Assembly: GCF_009914755.1 (NCBI RefSeq)
Contig: NC_060928.1
Length of the DNA: 64,000 nucleotides
Source: the human T2T-CHM13v2.0 reference genome, Homo sapiens
Strand: one strand, 5' to 3'
Part shown: positions 44,410 through 64,000 of the stretch, one piece after another
Layout: each line of letters begins with the position of its first letter
Numbering within the stretch: position 1 is the stretch's first letter
Made by a program: the position numbers and the translations under genes
The notes under the pieces: model-generated
What the model was told of the DNA's origin: nothing
The model's database searches: none
The model's input: only the letters and a program-made list of their open reading frames with translations

Positions 44410-44941
44410 GAATCAGACAAACCTGGCTTCTAGACCCAGTTTTGGCACGTACTGTTACATGATGCAGGGCAAGTGACCCTCCTGAAACGTGAATTTCCTC
44501 ATCGTAAAATGAGATAATATCTCCTATTTTGCAAGATTAGAAATACTATGTTTGTAATGGTTGACAGGTACTAGGCATAAAATTAATGAGAGCTATTATT
44601 ACCCTGCAGGACTCCAGTAGAAATAATATGAGGGCTGGGAACAGGCCAATTGGGCCAAAAGTCAATCTGCGAAGAAAAGCCAATGCTGTCTCCCTGTCCC
44701 CCAGAGCTTCCTCCTGAGGATGCGCCTCCTGTCCTCTAGTCTCCCCTGCTGCCCGCAGTGAGCCCCGCTCCTTCCTCAGTGCCCTGCAGCTGTGAAGCAT
44801 CAAGCTGGGGCAGACAAAAATCATAGTCTTTAAATGCCGTTAAGAAGGCAAATAAGCTAATTAAAACCATGCAAAACCTTGCAAGGATTGTCAAAGTCAT
44901 TCTCCATAATTTGCTTTTCAATAAACTGTACAAATAGCTTT

Positions 44942-44961
44942 ACACACACACACACACACAA
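44942..44961. repeat. (AC)n microsatellite
   Basis: acacacacacacacacacac. Confidence 0.9.
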
Positions 44962-46326
44962 ATGACAAATTGGTCATTCTGGAAACTGGCTTTTGACACA
45001 GTGATCTAGAATGAAATATGCGAGTTACACACTTTTCATGGTTCCACGTATCTCTTTTTGGCACTTATTAGAGTTGGAATTTTTGTAATAATTTCTCTCC
45101 TGTATCTTCCACTGACCAGCTTGCAAGTGTCCTGACAGCAGGTTTTATGTATCACCTTTATATTGAAACAATGATGCTCTCATTGGATGAGAAATCCAAG
45201 CAACTTGATTTTTTTCTACCTTTATTCCTTTAAATCATTTCTGAAATCTCATTCCTCCTTGATCTTTGGATAGAAACTTTGGCAAGTGTCATAACTTTCT
45301 CAGTCACTCTTAGATTTAAACAAAAACAAAAAATTAAAGGATGTTTAGTTCCAGGAATAGTCACTAAATAGCAATGACAATGTCTAGTGCTGTGGAACCA
45401 CTGAAGCTCTGACCTTCATGTCAGATGAAAGCCTCTCCTTCCTCTCAGCTCAGACTTGCTTCCAGGGTGTGTGATGGGTGCTTTCTGAGCTCTCCTCCAT
45501 TCCACAGCTTTCAGGTCATGCTTTCCACCTCTCAGGAGAGGAAGAGAGGGACAGCAGCCGGGTCTCACCTGATTCTTACGGCTGAGAACTAGCCTTGGCA
45601 AGGTGGGGGTTAGAGCCAACTCTCTCATGCGGGGTACTATGAGGTTCTCTAGAGATTGCACTACTGGGGACATTTGATGTCAATTCACTCAATGCTGGCA
45701 GTACCTCTCCTCCAGCTGGCTGCTCATGGTCCATGTCTTCTCAGCTCCAGTATCCAACAGTACTAGCCCGTTTCTGCTGAGGTTGCTTACCTTTGGCAGG
45801 GAGCCTCTTGGGCAGGAGTCCTGTTTCCCTCCTGAGGACCCACACCTGTCTGTTGCCTGCCCTGCTGCCTACCATTGAAACAGGGCTTGCTCCAACACAG
45901 CCACCTCTTTTATCTCTGCCACCAGGCACCTCCAGCCTTGGGTCCTTATTCCTTTCAGGTATGGGTCAAGTACTAGTTCTTTTTTCTCCTCAGACTTCAG
46001 GGAACACATGTCAAGCACTCCAAGGGAACCTGTGGGAAGCCCTTTCACAATGAAGAGAAGCGGCAGCACCTTCCATCCTCTTTGCCTGGGGTGCAGGTGG
46101 GAGATGGAAGGGAAAACGCTACCTCACTCTGTTACATAAAATTACGGGAAGCCATTTTTTTAAACTGTACTCCTGCACCAAGCCCCAAAGACCAAACCAA
46201 AATGGAGTCACTTATGCTAAGTGGCATGTAATTAAACTGAAACTTTAAGGAAATGGGAAACCACACATTGGTGAGTTGAGGCTGGAATGGGAGGTGAGGA
46301 AGTGGAAGTAGAAGCTTGACTGGTTT

Positions 46327-46628
<302 letters not shown>

Positions 46629-47158
46629 GAAACCGCTTTACTGGTTTTGCCATTTAGACATGAAAATATGAACACAGACCAGAAAAAAAAAAAAAAAAAA
46701 GAAAGTCTCTGTCTCCTCTCCAAGCTCTGTTAAATTGAGAATACAGGAATTTTTTTAAAGGGCATAAACCATAAGGTCAAAGAGAGTGGGGAGAGGACTG
46801 CAGGATATAAGATATCAAAATGTTGGAAGCTGGAAAACAGATGGGCTAGTGCTAATGGATTTAGCAGATCAAGGAGAACTGAAAGCTAAGCCCCACAGAA
46901 CCCCAGAAAAGCTTAGGAACTGGGGGACCTAGTACCTCTGAAGAAGGAGTGGCTAACAAACAGGGAACTGGTTGAAAGAGATGGTTGTATGAACATGTTA
47001 CTGAGGAATCTGTTGTAAACAGCAGAAGAAACAGCAAAGATTTGAAAGTGCTTGCCCCTGGAGAGAGAGTTAGGGGTGGGAGACGGGTGATAGGAGTGCT
47101 TTTCATTTTAAGTAAGATCTGATGTCCTTATGCTTTCAGTAGGGAAGTAGAAGATTAG

Positions 47159-47801
<643 letters not shown>

Positions 47802-48630
47802 TTAAGTGCTAGGCTCTGAAGCAGGAGAACATTTGATGGGATAGTAGCATAAAGGGCCACGGAGTAAAGAGAGATTTTTGTTTTCATTAGGATAAAAGGG
47901 ATTTCATCATGGTTATAGGCTAAGGGGAGGAATTTAACAAAACAGGAGAGATTGCATTTTCAAGAAGGAGAGAGAGGGGGAAATTGTTGAAACAAGGTTG
48001 AGGAGGGGATAGGAGAAGCAATCAGAGCACGGTGAAGTTCACCTTAGAAATTAAGCAGTTTGCTATACTTATAATTTCCTATTGTAAATTGGAAGCAACT
48101 TTATGATAACATTACCATTTTAAATTTCAGATGGATGGTAAAGGATAACACGAACACAGTGGCTGTTAACAAGGGCAACATTAATCAACGGAGAGACAGA
48201 AAATCACTGTTGAAAAATAGCTGGGCATAGTAAGAATATGGTTTATTTATACACTGTCTAAAACGTGATGACAGTAGCTTTAATTTAAAAGAATTGGTAA
48301 GTCACATGTATCTCAACGTCTAGAACAGTGGTTGCCAAAATATGAGCTGATGATCTTTGAGGATGTTATTAAAGAGGTTTGTAAATGCATGTGTACACCA
48401 GGCTTTGCCTGAAGACAAAATATAAACGATGTGAGTATGCCTCATATGTCTATGTACACCTATGTTTTGAATATATGTAAATGCTATTATGGTTAATAAG
48501 AAAAATTATTTAAATCACCATTGAAACTATAGTTACTGTCATTTCTGTGTCTCCCAGAATAACAGATTAAAATAACAACTACTATTATGTGTGTTTTTGG
48601 TGGTATAAGATGGAGTGGTGAATTTGATCG

Positions 48631-48932
48631 TTTTTTTTTTTTCTTGAGACAGAGTCTCACTGTGTTGCCTAAGCTGGAGTGCAGTGGTATGATCACAGCT
48701 CACTGTAATCCTAAACTCATAGGCTCAAGTGATCATCCTGCCTCAGTCTCCTGAGTAGCTAGGACAGACACATGCTACCATGCCCAGTTAATTTTTATTT
48801 TAAAAATATTTTTGTAGAGATGGGGCCTCACTATGTTGCCCAGGCTGGTCTTAAACTCTTGGCCTTAAACAATCCTCCCATCTCAGCCTCCCAACATGCT
48901 GGGATTACAGATGTGTGCCACCCTGCCTAACC
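48631..48932 (-). mobile_element. Alu (J)
   Basis: Reverse diverged Alu. Confidence 0.92.
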
Positions 48933-48954
48933 TGAGAGTCTTTTAATGTTTAGT

Positions 48955-49660
<706 letters not shown>

Positions 49661-49809
49661 TTATAATTCAAACCCTCGAGAACTACTGGTGTAGGGAGTA
49701 TGGGACTTAAATCATTCTGTGGGTGGGAGGTATGTTAAATAAGTTTTTTCTCATTTTTACTGGGTTGGCTGTTAAGAGCTGAAATAGGAGACTATCAAAC
49801 ACATGGATC

Positions 49810-49998
49810 AGGTATTCCTGACTGTGGCCCCAGACTAGTTGCACCAAAACCACCTGAGGCGCATCATCCTACAAATGCAGATTTTTGGACCCGAACAATA
49901 GACCTTCTTAATCGGAATCTCTGGGACAGATCTTGGATTCTGCACTGTAAACAAGCTCCATAAATATTCTTATGTGTCCCCAAAACTGAAAACCACTA
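49810..49998. mobile_element. MER5-like hAT relic
   Basis: aaatgcagattt...gaatctctggg...aacaagctcc...aaaaccact. Confidence 0.6.
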
Positions 49999-50169
49999 TT
50001 GTAGCCCAGTAATTTCCAAAGTGGCTTATTCACATCTTGGGATATATGAAAGAATCAGTGGAATGTGGAAAAAATATCAGAAATTTTATTGATTTATATG
50101 TTTTATTTAGAAAGTAGTAAGAAAAAAATCTTTACTAATATTTAAACATAGATTATCACTTGGGCCTAT

Positions 50170-50835
50170 ATTCATACAATATTTATTGAGAGCCTACTAT
50201 GGCCAGTCACTGTTGTAAGTCCTGGAGATACAAGAGTGAGCAGGACAAAGTCATAGAGTTTACATTCTAGTAGGCAAGACAGACAAAAATGAATAAACAG
50301 TAAATATATAAGATGACATAAGGTGATAAATGCTATGTAGGGTAAGAAAGATACAGAATATGGAGAGTGAGGGGAGAATTGCTGTTTTTATAGGGTTGTC
50401 AGAGAAGATTTTGGAGAAAACCTTCCCTTGGACTAGGAACCTGAAGGTGAGGGAGCAAGCTATGCAGCTCTCTAGGGGTGATGTATCATGGTCAGAGGAG
50501 ATAGCAAGGGCAAGAGCTCTGGGGAAGTGTATGTGGTACATTCTTGGTCAAAGGGGCCAGTGTGGGTGGATGGGAATAAGTAACAGGGGGAATAGGAGGA
50601 GATCAGGTCACAGAATTGGAGGAGTGGGTGACAGATCTTGTAGGAACCTGTTGGCTACTGTAAAGACTGGCTTATACTCTGAATGAATCATAAAGCCCTT
50701 GGAGGGTGTAAACCCTCCAGTGTGTAGAGGTTGAGCAGATGCTGCAGAACTAGTAAAGGAGACTGAGAATATGTGGTCAGTGAAGCAAAAGGCAAATAAA
50801 TTGCAGATGGCACAAAAGCAATAAAAAAGGAATGA
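50170..50835. mobile_element. L2 relic (continues about 60260-60480 beyond the L1 nest)
   Basis: atttattgagagcctactatggccagtcactg...; L2-like sequence resumes after the L1PB tail. Confidence 0.6.
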
Positions 50836-50838
50836 CAG

Positions 50839-51090
50839 TTTCATTTAGTTCTGCTCTGATCTTGGTTACTTCCTTTCTTCTGCTGGGTTTGCATATAGTT
50901 TGTTCTTATTTCTCTAGTTCCTTGAGGTGTGATCTTAGAATGTCAATTTGTGCTCTTTCAGTCTTTTTGATGTAGGCATTTAGGGTTATGAACTTTCTTC
51001 TTAGCACTGCCTTTCCTGTATCCCAGAGGTTTTGGTGGGTTGTGTCATTATTGTCATTCAGTTCAAAGAATTTTTAAATTTCCAACTTGA
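50839..51090 (-). mobile_element. Inverted 5' segment of an older L1PB (continues at 57214-57233 after the L1PA insertion)
   Basis: Reverse complement reads as L1 ORF2 sequence ending ...gcagaactaaatgaaa. Confidence 0.88.
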
Positions 51091-57198
<6,108 letters not shown>

Positions 57199-57229
57199 AA
57201 ATTTCCAACTTGATTTTCTTTTTGACCCA

Positions 57230-60200
57230 ATGAAATTGGAAAAAAAAGTTAAAGATAAATGAAACAAGAAGCTGGTTCTTTAAAAATATAAATAAAATTG
57301 ATAGACCATTAGCAAGATTAACCAAGAAAAGAAGAGAAAAAAATTCAAATAAGCTCGATAAGAAAGGAAACAGGAGATACTACAACTGACACCACTGAAA
57401 TACAAAAGATCATTCAAGGCTACTATGAACATCTTTACGCACATAAACTAGACTAGAAGAGATGGATAAATTCCTGGAAAAATACAACCCTTCTAGCTTA
57501 AATGAGGAAGAATTAGATACCCTGAACAGACCAATAACAATCAGCCATATTGAAATGGTAATTAAAAAATTACCAATGAACAAAAGGTCCAGGACCAGAC
57601 AGATTCACAGCAGAATTCTACCAGACACTCAAAGAAGAATTTGTACCTATCCTTTTGACACTATTCCACAAGATAGAGAAAGAAGGAACCCTCCCCAATT
57701 CATTCTGTGAAGCCAGCATCACCCTTATACCAAACCCAGGAAAGGACATAACCAAAAAAGAAAACTACAGACTGATATCTTTGAAGAACACAGAAGCTAA
57801 AATCCTTAACAAAATACTAGCTAACCAAATCGAACAACATATCAAAAAGATAATCTACCATGATCAAGTAGGCTTCATACCAGGGATGCAGGGGTGGTTT
57901 AACATACACAAGTCAATAAATGTGATACACAACATAAGCAGAATGAAAAACCAAAATCACATGATCACCTCAGTAGATGCAGAAAAAGCATTCGACAAAA
58001 TCTAACATCGCTTTAGGATTAAAACTCTCAGCAAAATCGGCATACAAGGGGCATACCTTAATGTAATAAAAGCTATCTATGACAAACCCACAGCCAACAT
58101 AGTACTGAATGGGGAAAAGTTGAAAGCATTCCCTCTGAGAACTGGAACAAGACAAGGATGCCCACTCTCACCATTCCTCTTCAACACAGTATTGGAAGTC
58201 CTAGCCAGAGTAAACAGACAAGAGAAATAATTTTATTTCTTTCTCTTTATGGGCATCCAAACCGGTAAAGAGGAAGTCAAATGGTCACTTTTTGCTGACA
58301 TAATGATTGTTTACCCTGAAAACCCTAAAGACTCCTCCAGAAAGCTCTAGAACTGATACAAGAATTTAGTAAAGTTTCTGGATACAAGATTAATGTACAC
58401 AAATCAATAGCTCTTCTATACACCAACAGCGACCAAGCACAGAATCAAATCAAGAACTCAACCCCTTTTACAATAGCTGCAAAAAAAAAAAAAAAAAATA
58501 CTTAGGAATATACCTAACCAAGGAGTTGAAAAACTTCTACAAGGAAAACTACAAAACAGTGCTGAAAGAAATCATAGATGACAAAAACAAATGGAAACAC
58601 ATCCCATGCTCATGGATGGATAGAATCAATATTGTGAAAATGCCCATACCGCCAAAAGAAATCTACAAATTCAATGCAATCCAAATACCAAAATACCACC
58701 ATCACTTTTCACAGAATTAGAAAAAAAAATTCTAAAATTCATATGGAACCAAAAAAAGAGCCCACATAGCCAAAGCAAGACTAAGCAAAAAGAGCAAATC
58801 TGGAAGCATCACACTACCTGATTTCAAACTATACTATAAGGCCATAGTCACCAAAACAGTGTCGTACTGGTATAAAAATAGGCACATAAACCAATGAAAC
58901 AGAATAAGAACCCAGAAATAAACCCAAATACTTACAGCCAACTGATCTTCGACAAAGCAAGCAAAAACATAAAGTGGCGAAAGGACACCCTTTTCAACAA
59001 ATGGTACTGGGATAATTGGCTAGCCACATGTAGGAGAATGAAAGTGGATTCTCATCTCTCACCTTATACAAAAATCAACTCAAGATGGATTAAGGACTTA
59101 AACCTAAGACCTGAAAGTATAAAAATTCTAGAAGATAACATTGGAAAAACCCTTCTAGACATAGGCTTAGGCAAGGATTTCATGACCAAGAACCCAAAAG
59201 CAAATGCAATAAAAACAAAGATAAATAGCTGGGACTTAATTAAACTAAAGAACCTTTGCACAGCAAAAGGAACAGTCAGCAGAGTAAACAGACAACCCAT
59301 AGGGTGTGAGAAAATCTTCACAATCTTTACATCTGAAAAAAGACTAACATCCATAATCTACAATGAACTCATACAAATCAGTAAGAAAAAACAATCCCAT
59401 CAAAAAATGGGCTAGGGACATGGATAGACAATTTTCAAAAGAAGATATACAAATGGCCAACAAACATATGAAAAAATGCTCAACATCACTAATGACCAGG
59501 GAAATGCAAATCAAAACCACAATGTGATACCACCTTACTCCTGCAAGAATGGCCATAATAAAAAAATAAAAAAATAGTAGATGTTGGTGTGGATGTGGTG
59601 ATCAGGGAACACTTCTACACTGCTGGTGGGAATGTAAAGTAGTGCAGCCACTGTGGAAAACAGTGTGGAGATTCCTTAAAGGACTAAAAGTAGAACTACC
59701 ATCAGATTCAGCAATCCCGCTACTGGGTATCTACTCAGAGGAAAATAAGTTATTATTCTGAAAAGATACTTGCACATGCATGTTTATGGCCGCACAATTT
59801 ACAATTGCAAAATCGCAGAGCCAATCCAAATGCCCACCATTCAATGAGTGGATAAAGAAACTGTGATATATATATATATATATATATGATGGAATACTAC
59901 TCAGCCATAAAAAGGAATGAATTAACAGCATTTGCAGTGACCTGGATGAGATTGGAGACTATTGTTCTAAGTGAAGTAACTCAGGAATGGAAAACCAAAT
60001 ATCGTACGTTCTCACTGATATGTGGAAGCTAAGTTATGAGAACCCAAAGACATAAGAATAATAAAATGAACTTTGGAGACTTGGAGGGAAGAGTGGGAGG
60101 GAGGCAAGGGATAAAAGACTACAAATATGGTGCAGTGTATACTGCTCGGGTGATGGGTGCACCAAAATCTCACAAATCACCACTAAAGAACTTGCTCATG

Positions 60201-60258
60201 TAACCAAATACCACCTGTACCCTAATAACTAATGGAAAAATAAAAAAATAAATAAAAA
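57230..60258 (+). mobile_element. L1PB (L1PB1-like) 3' portion
   Basis: Degenerate ORF2 RT/C-terminal fragments; 3'UTR gggtgatgggtgcaccaaaatctcacaaatcaccactaaagaac; internal (TA)n near 59866-59888. Confidence 0.9.
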
Positions 60259-60866
60259 GAAGTGATGAACAACTGTGTTAAATACTTCCCCATTGTGACT
60301 TTGACAAATGTAATTTTAGTGGAATGGGGAAAACCAAGCCTAATTACATTCAAGAAAGAATAGAAAGAGGGAAATAAGCATAACAAATTTTTAAGAGTTT
60401 AGATGTGAAGGGGCACAGTTTAGAGAAATGGGGTGATAGTTGGAGGAGGGTATAGGGTTAAAGGAGAGTTTTTCTTTTAAGATAGAGAATCATATACATG
60501 CGCTTGATTAAGGAATTTTATGTGATCTAGTTTTAGCTAAATTAATCCTCACAAACTGACAAGTGATTTAAAGAGATTCTTGTTGATAGATGAATCCTGG
60601 ATTAAAAACAATGCCAAAATACAACACCAATGAAAAACAAAAAATGTCAGAGTCTACACTTCTAGCATCAGTAGAAGCTGTTCATTAGCCACATTATGAG
60701 AAGAAAAAATAATGAAAAGCTAATCAGATATGACAAGAAGTCAGTTCTTTCTCTCCATCAGCAGTACTAAAAAGACTACTTGAAATACAGACTTACATCT
60801 AACACATTAATGATGAACCTCCTCCTATGTATTTACTGTGCATGTTGCTCTTTCTCAAGTATCTTT

Positions 60867-61315
60867 TGTCAGGCCTCTGAGCCCAAGCTAAGCCATCATA
60901 TCTCCTGTGACCTGCACGTATACATCCAGATGGCCTGAAGCAACTGAAAGAACCACAAAAGATGACATTCCACCATTGTGATCTGTTCCTGCCCCACTCT
61001 AACCGGTCAATTGACCTTATGACAATACACCCTCCCCACCCTTGCGATAATGTACTTTGTGATATTCACCCCCGCAAGAAGCTACTTTGTAATATTCTCC
61101 CCACCCTTGAGAATGTACTTTGTGAGATCCACCCCCTGCCCACAAATTGCTCCTAACTCCACTGTCTGTCCCAAACCTATAAGAACTAATGATAATCTCA
61201 CCACCCTTTGCTGACTCTCTTTTCGGACTCAGCCCGCCTGCACCCAGGTGATTAAAAAGCTTTATTGCTCACACAAAGCCTGTTTGGTGGTCTCTTCACA
61301 CAGACACACGTGACA
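60867..61315 (+). mobile_element. Solo LTR7 (HERV-H family)
   Basis: tgtcaggcctctgagcccaagctaagccatcata...cacacgtgaca; 5-bp TSD tcttt both sides; cctataa and attaaa motifs. Confidence 0.93.
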
Positions 61316-61691
61316 TCTTTCCCAGCCAATATGTTATTAAAATAAAGTGAAAAATTTTAAAAATAATGAAGTGTGATTAATGGCATTATTCCATGAAAGA
61401 GTAGTAGTCAAAATTGTTGTTAAAATATTATCTTTGTGTTGAAAATTTTGTTTGTTTTAAGATGCATTTCTTTGTACAGCAGTGCACTTATTATTTATAT
61501 ATAAATACATTCACATATATTAGGAGCACATATTCAGAAATTTATTTACTTATATTTTTGCTCCCCACCCACACTTTTTTGCTCTCCACCCGCCCTCCCC
61601 AAAATCTTTTTAACAATTATTAATCAGCCTGGTGATCTACAAAACATGATTCCATCTCCTCTAGCTGCTGCTGCTTCTCTGTGTATATGGG

Positions 61692-62072
61692 TGATATGGT
61701 TAGGCTTTGTGTCCCCACCCAAATCTCATCTTGAATTATAATCCCCATAATCCCCATAATTCTGTGTCAAGGGAGAGACCAAGTGGAGGTAATTAAATCA
61801 TGGGGGCGGTTTCACCTATGCTGTTCTTGTAATAGCGAGTGAATTCTTACAAGACCTGATGGTTTCATAAGGGGCTCTTCCTCCTTCACTTAATACTTCC
61901 TCCTGCCGCTTTGTGAGAAGGTGCCTTGCTTCCTCTTCATCTTCCATCATGATTGTGAGTTTCCTGAGGCCTCCCCAGCCATGCTGAACTGTGAGTCAAT
62001 TAAACCTCTTTCCTTTATAAATTACCTAGTCTTGGGCAGTTCTTTATAGCAGTATGAAAATGGACTAATACA
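61692..62072 (-). mobile_element. MaLR solo LTR (THE1D/MSTA-like)
   Basis: tgatatggttaggctttgtgtccccacccaaatctc...ggactaataca; 5-bp TSD atggg; orientation by family convention. Confidence 0.85.
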
Positions 62073-62116
62073 ATGGGCTTTTAAAAAATTCTTTAAAAAA
62101 AAAACAAAAAAAACCA

Positions 62117-62383
62117 AAGTCTAGCTCTGAGAGTGAGTGCAGTGACAATTTCAGCTCACTGCAACTTCTGTCTCCTGGGTTCAAGCAATTCTTCTGCCTC
62201 AACCTCCTGTGTAGCTGGGATTACAAGTGCCTGCCACCATGCCCGGCTAATTTTTGTGTTTTTAGTAGAGATGCTGTTTCACCATAATGGCCAGGCTGGT
62301 CTCGAACTCCTGACCTCCATTAATCCACTCGCCTCAGCCTCCCAAAATGCTGGGATTACAGGCATGAGCCACCACATCCAGCC
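62117..62383 (-). mobile_element. Alu (S), damaged 3' end
   Basis: Reverse Alu consensus without poly-T. Confidence 0.88.
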
Positions 62384-64000
62384 TAAAAATTATTTCTTTG
62401 GTATTTGCAGTGACATAGCAATTATTTTTATGTAAACTTTATCTTTTTTTTCTCTAGGCAGGAGACCAGTGAAACAATTTTAGATGGTCGTTCATTAGAA
62501 CACAAACAAGAAATAAAACAACCTCCTTTTTCTAGACCTTATTAACCCAGTATATAGCTATATGCCTTATCCTCAAGTTTCTTCATTGCCCTGTTTTGCC
62601 TGTCTTTTCCATATTTAACCTATAAACAAGAAAAACACATGATCAGTTATGATTAAAGCAAGGAAAAGTCCACCCCTTTCCCTTTCTTCTGGGTACTATT
62701 GGAATGTTCCCCTTCTATTGCTAATTAGCTGTGTGATCTTGGATAAGTGACTTTATCCTTCTGATCCTGTTCCTCTTCTATAAAATGTGGAAAATAAAAA
62801 TAATGTTCACACAGAGATAGTGTGAGGATCAGATGAAAAATACATGGGAAACACAAATAAACATTGAAGATCTGTATAAATGTGAATATGATAATGATTT
62901 TGGTAGACTGCCTATAGCCCCTCCTTGTTCTATCCTCATTTCACCCTAGTTCTTTACTGTATGCTTTACCGGGCACAGGGTGTATTACCCTGTTCTTTGA
63001 AAGATGCTTGGAAAGTACTTGTGCAACTGGGTTTGTCCTTGTGTTTCTCTGAATAGCTAGGAGAAGAGCATGACCAGGCTAGCACAGACATAAAAAGAAG
63101 AACCAGCCCTTCTGAGCCCAGTATAGGCCAGCTGACTCCCCACTGACCTACAGACTTGTATACCTAATAAAGTTGTATACCACTGAGATTATGTAGTGCT
63201 TTTATTATTATGGCATTAACCAACTGGTACAATGATGATTTCCCTGGAAATCACTGAGAAAAACAATTGGAAAACTTTCAAAAACAGCCAACTATATAAC
63301 TGTTGTCTTTCTTCCAGAAGTGAATAAGCAACTTGGATCCCAAGAGTTAACAACCACATCAGAAACCTTTCCATTGAAAGAGTTTTAGGCCCCCTGTGGC
63401 CTTAGTTATTCCCATCATGGTCTTTACTAGCAATTTTTCTTCCACTTTTTTCTCTCCTTGGAGCTGCCCGTTTTGCATTGTACCTGGGAGCAGCCCTGCT
63501 TTTGACATAAAGTGATGCCACAGATGCCCCACAAACTCCTTAACAGCAACCATTCTATTCAGATTAAAAAATAGGGAGAGAATGTTTCTCTGGTAATACC
63601 TAACAATGAATTGTTCCAATTCACATAAGAAATTTGATAAGGTCTTTTGTTTTTTTTTTAATTTTAAAAATAAATATTCATCTTTTTTCCAGAATCAGAA
63701 TGTTGTTGGGAATTGTGGGAAGATGACTGTATGCTGTGGTCAGGTAGGATGGCTTCTTGTGTGCTAATTTTTAGTCTCTCTAAAAAACTGGAAATATTGT
63801 TTTGGGGTCAACTCCATTATTTTTGTCTTAGAGATTAAAAAGAAAATCATCTGTCTAGTTTTCTGGTCTTGTTTTTTTCATAATGAATGTAAGATGGCTA
63901 AAATTTTGTCTATTTTTTAAATTTTTAATAGATTTTTTTGAATAGGAAACAGAGAGAATTGTTCAAACAGGTTCAAAAATGTGCCTGTAAAAGTTATGTT

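Noticed and set aside
50608-50844. ORF starting MKLSFLFYCFC, superficially like the CFI signal peptide
   Set aside because: The ATG lies at an L1PB/L2 junction and the sequence does not match CFI exon 1 (MKLLHVFLLFLC...).
63359-63619. 86-aa minus-strand ORF and a possible 71-nt cassette exon 63484-63554
   Set aside because: No homology recognised, mediocre splice sites, frame-shifting length; unsupported from sequence alone.

Overview
Human (or very close great-ape) genomic DNA, recognisable as the PLA2G12A / CFI locus (human 4q25). On the minus strand are PLA2G12A coding exon 1 (5512-5719) in a CpG-island promoter, with part of its intron 1, and CFI (complement factor I) coding exons 2-13 (42873 down to stop at 16835). 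All CFI exons have GT-AG ends. They sum to 1695 nt, which with the 57 coding nt of exon 1 (outside the window, to the right) gives the known 583-aa protein. An extra 24-nt microexon lies at 33976-33999. The rest is intron or intergenic DNA with about 30 Alus, three L1s, solo LTRs (LTR7/HERV-H, an LTR15-like ERV1, MER66-like, MST, THE1), DNA-transposon relics, L2/MIR and a 1.2-kb AT-rich minisatellite. No prokaryote-type systems or RNA genes were seen, and I do not claim a new gene. Best leads: (1) an intact L1 ORF0 with a retained splice donor pointing into CFI; (2) an L1 carrying a 38-nt 3' transduction; (3) a duplicated microexon/NAGNAG cassette in the CFI linker, flanked by a fold-back Alu hairpin; (4) an AT-rich VNTR grown from an Alu tail inside its TSD; (5) a three-layer L2>L1PB (twin-primed inversion)>L1PA nest; (6) several template-switch palindromes; (7) a strong-Kozak uORF in PLA2G12A. 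Repeat subfamily names come from remembered consensus sequences, and boundaries of old repeats are approximate.
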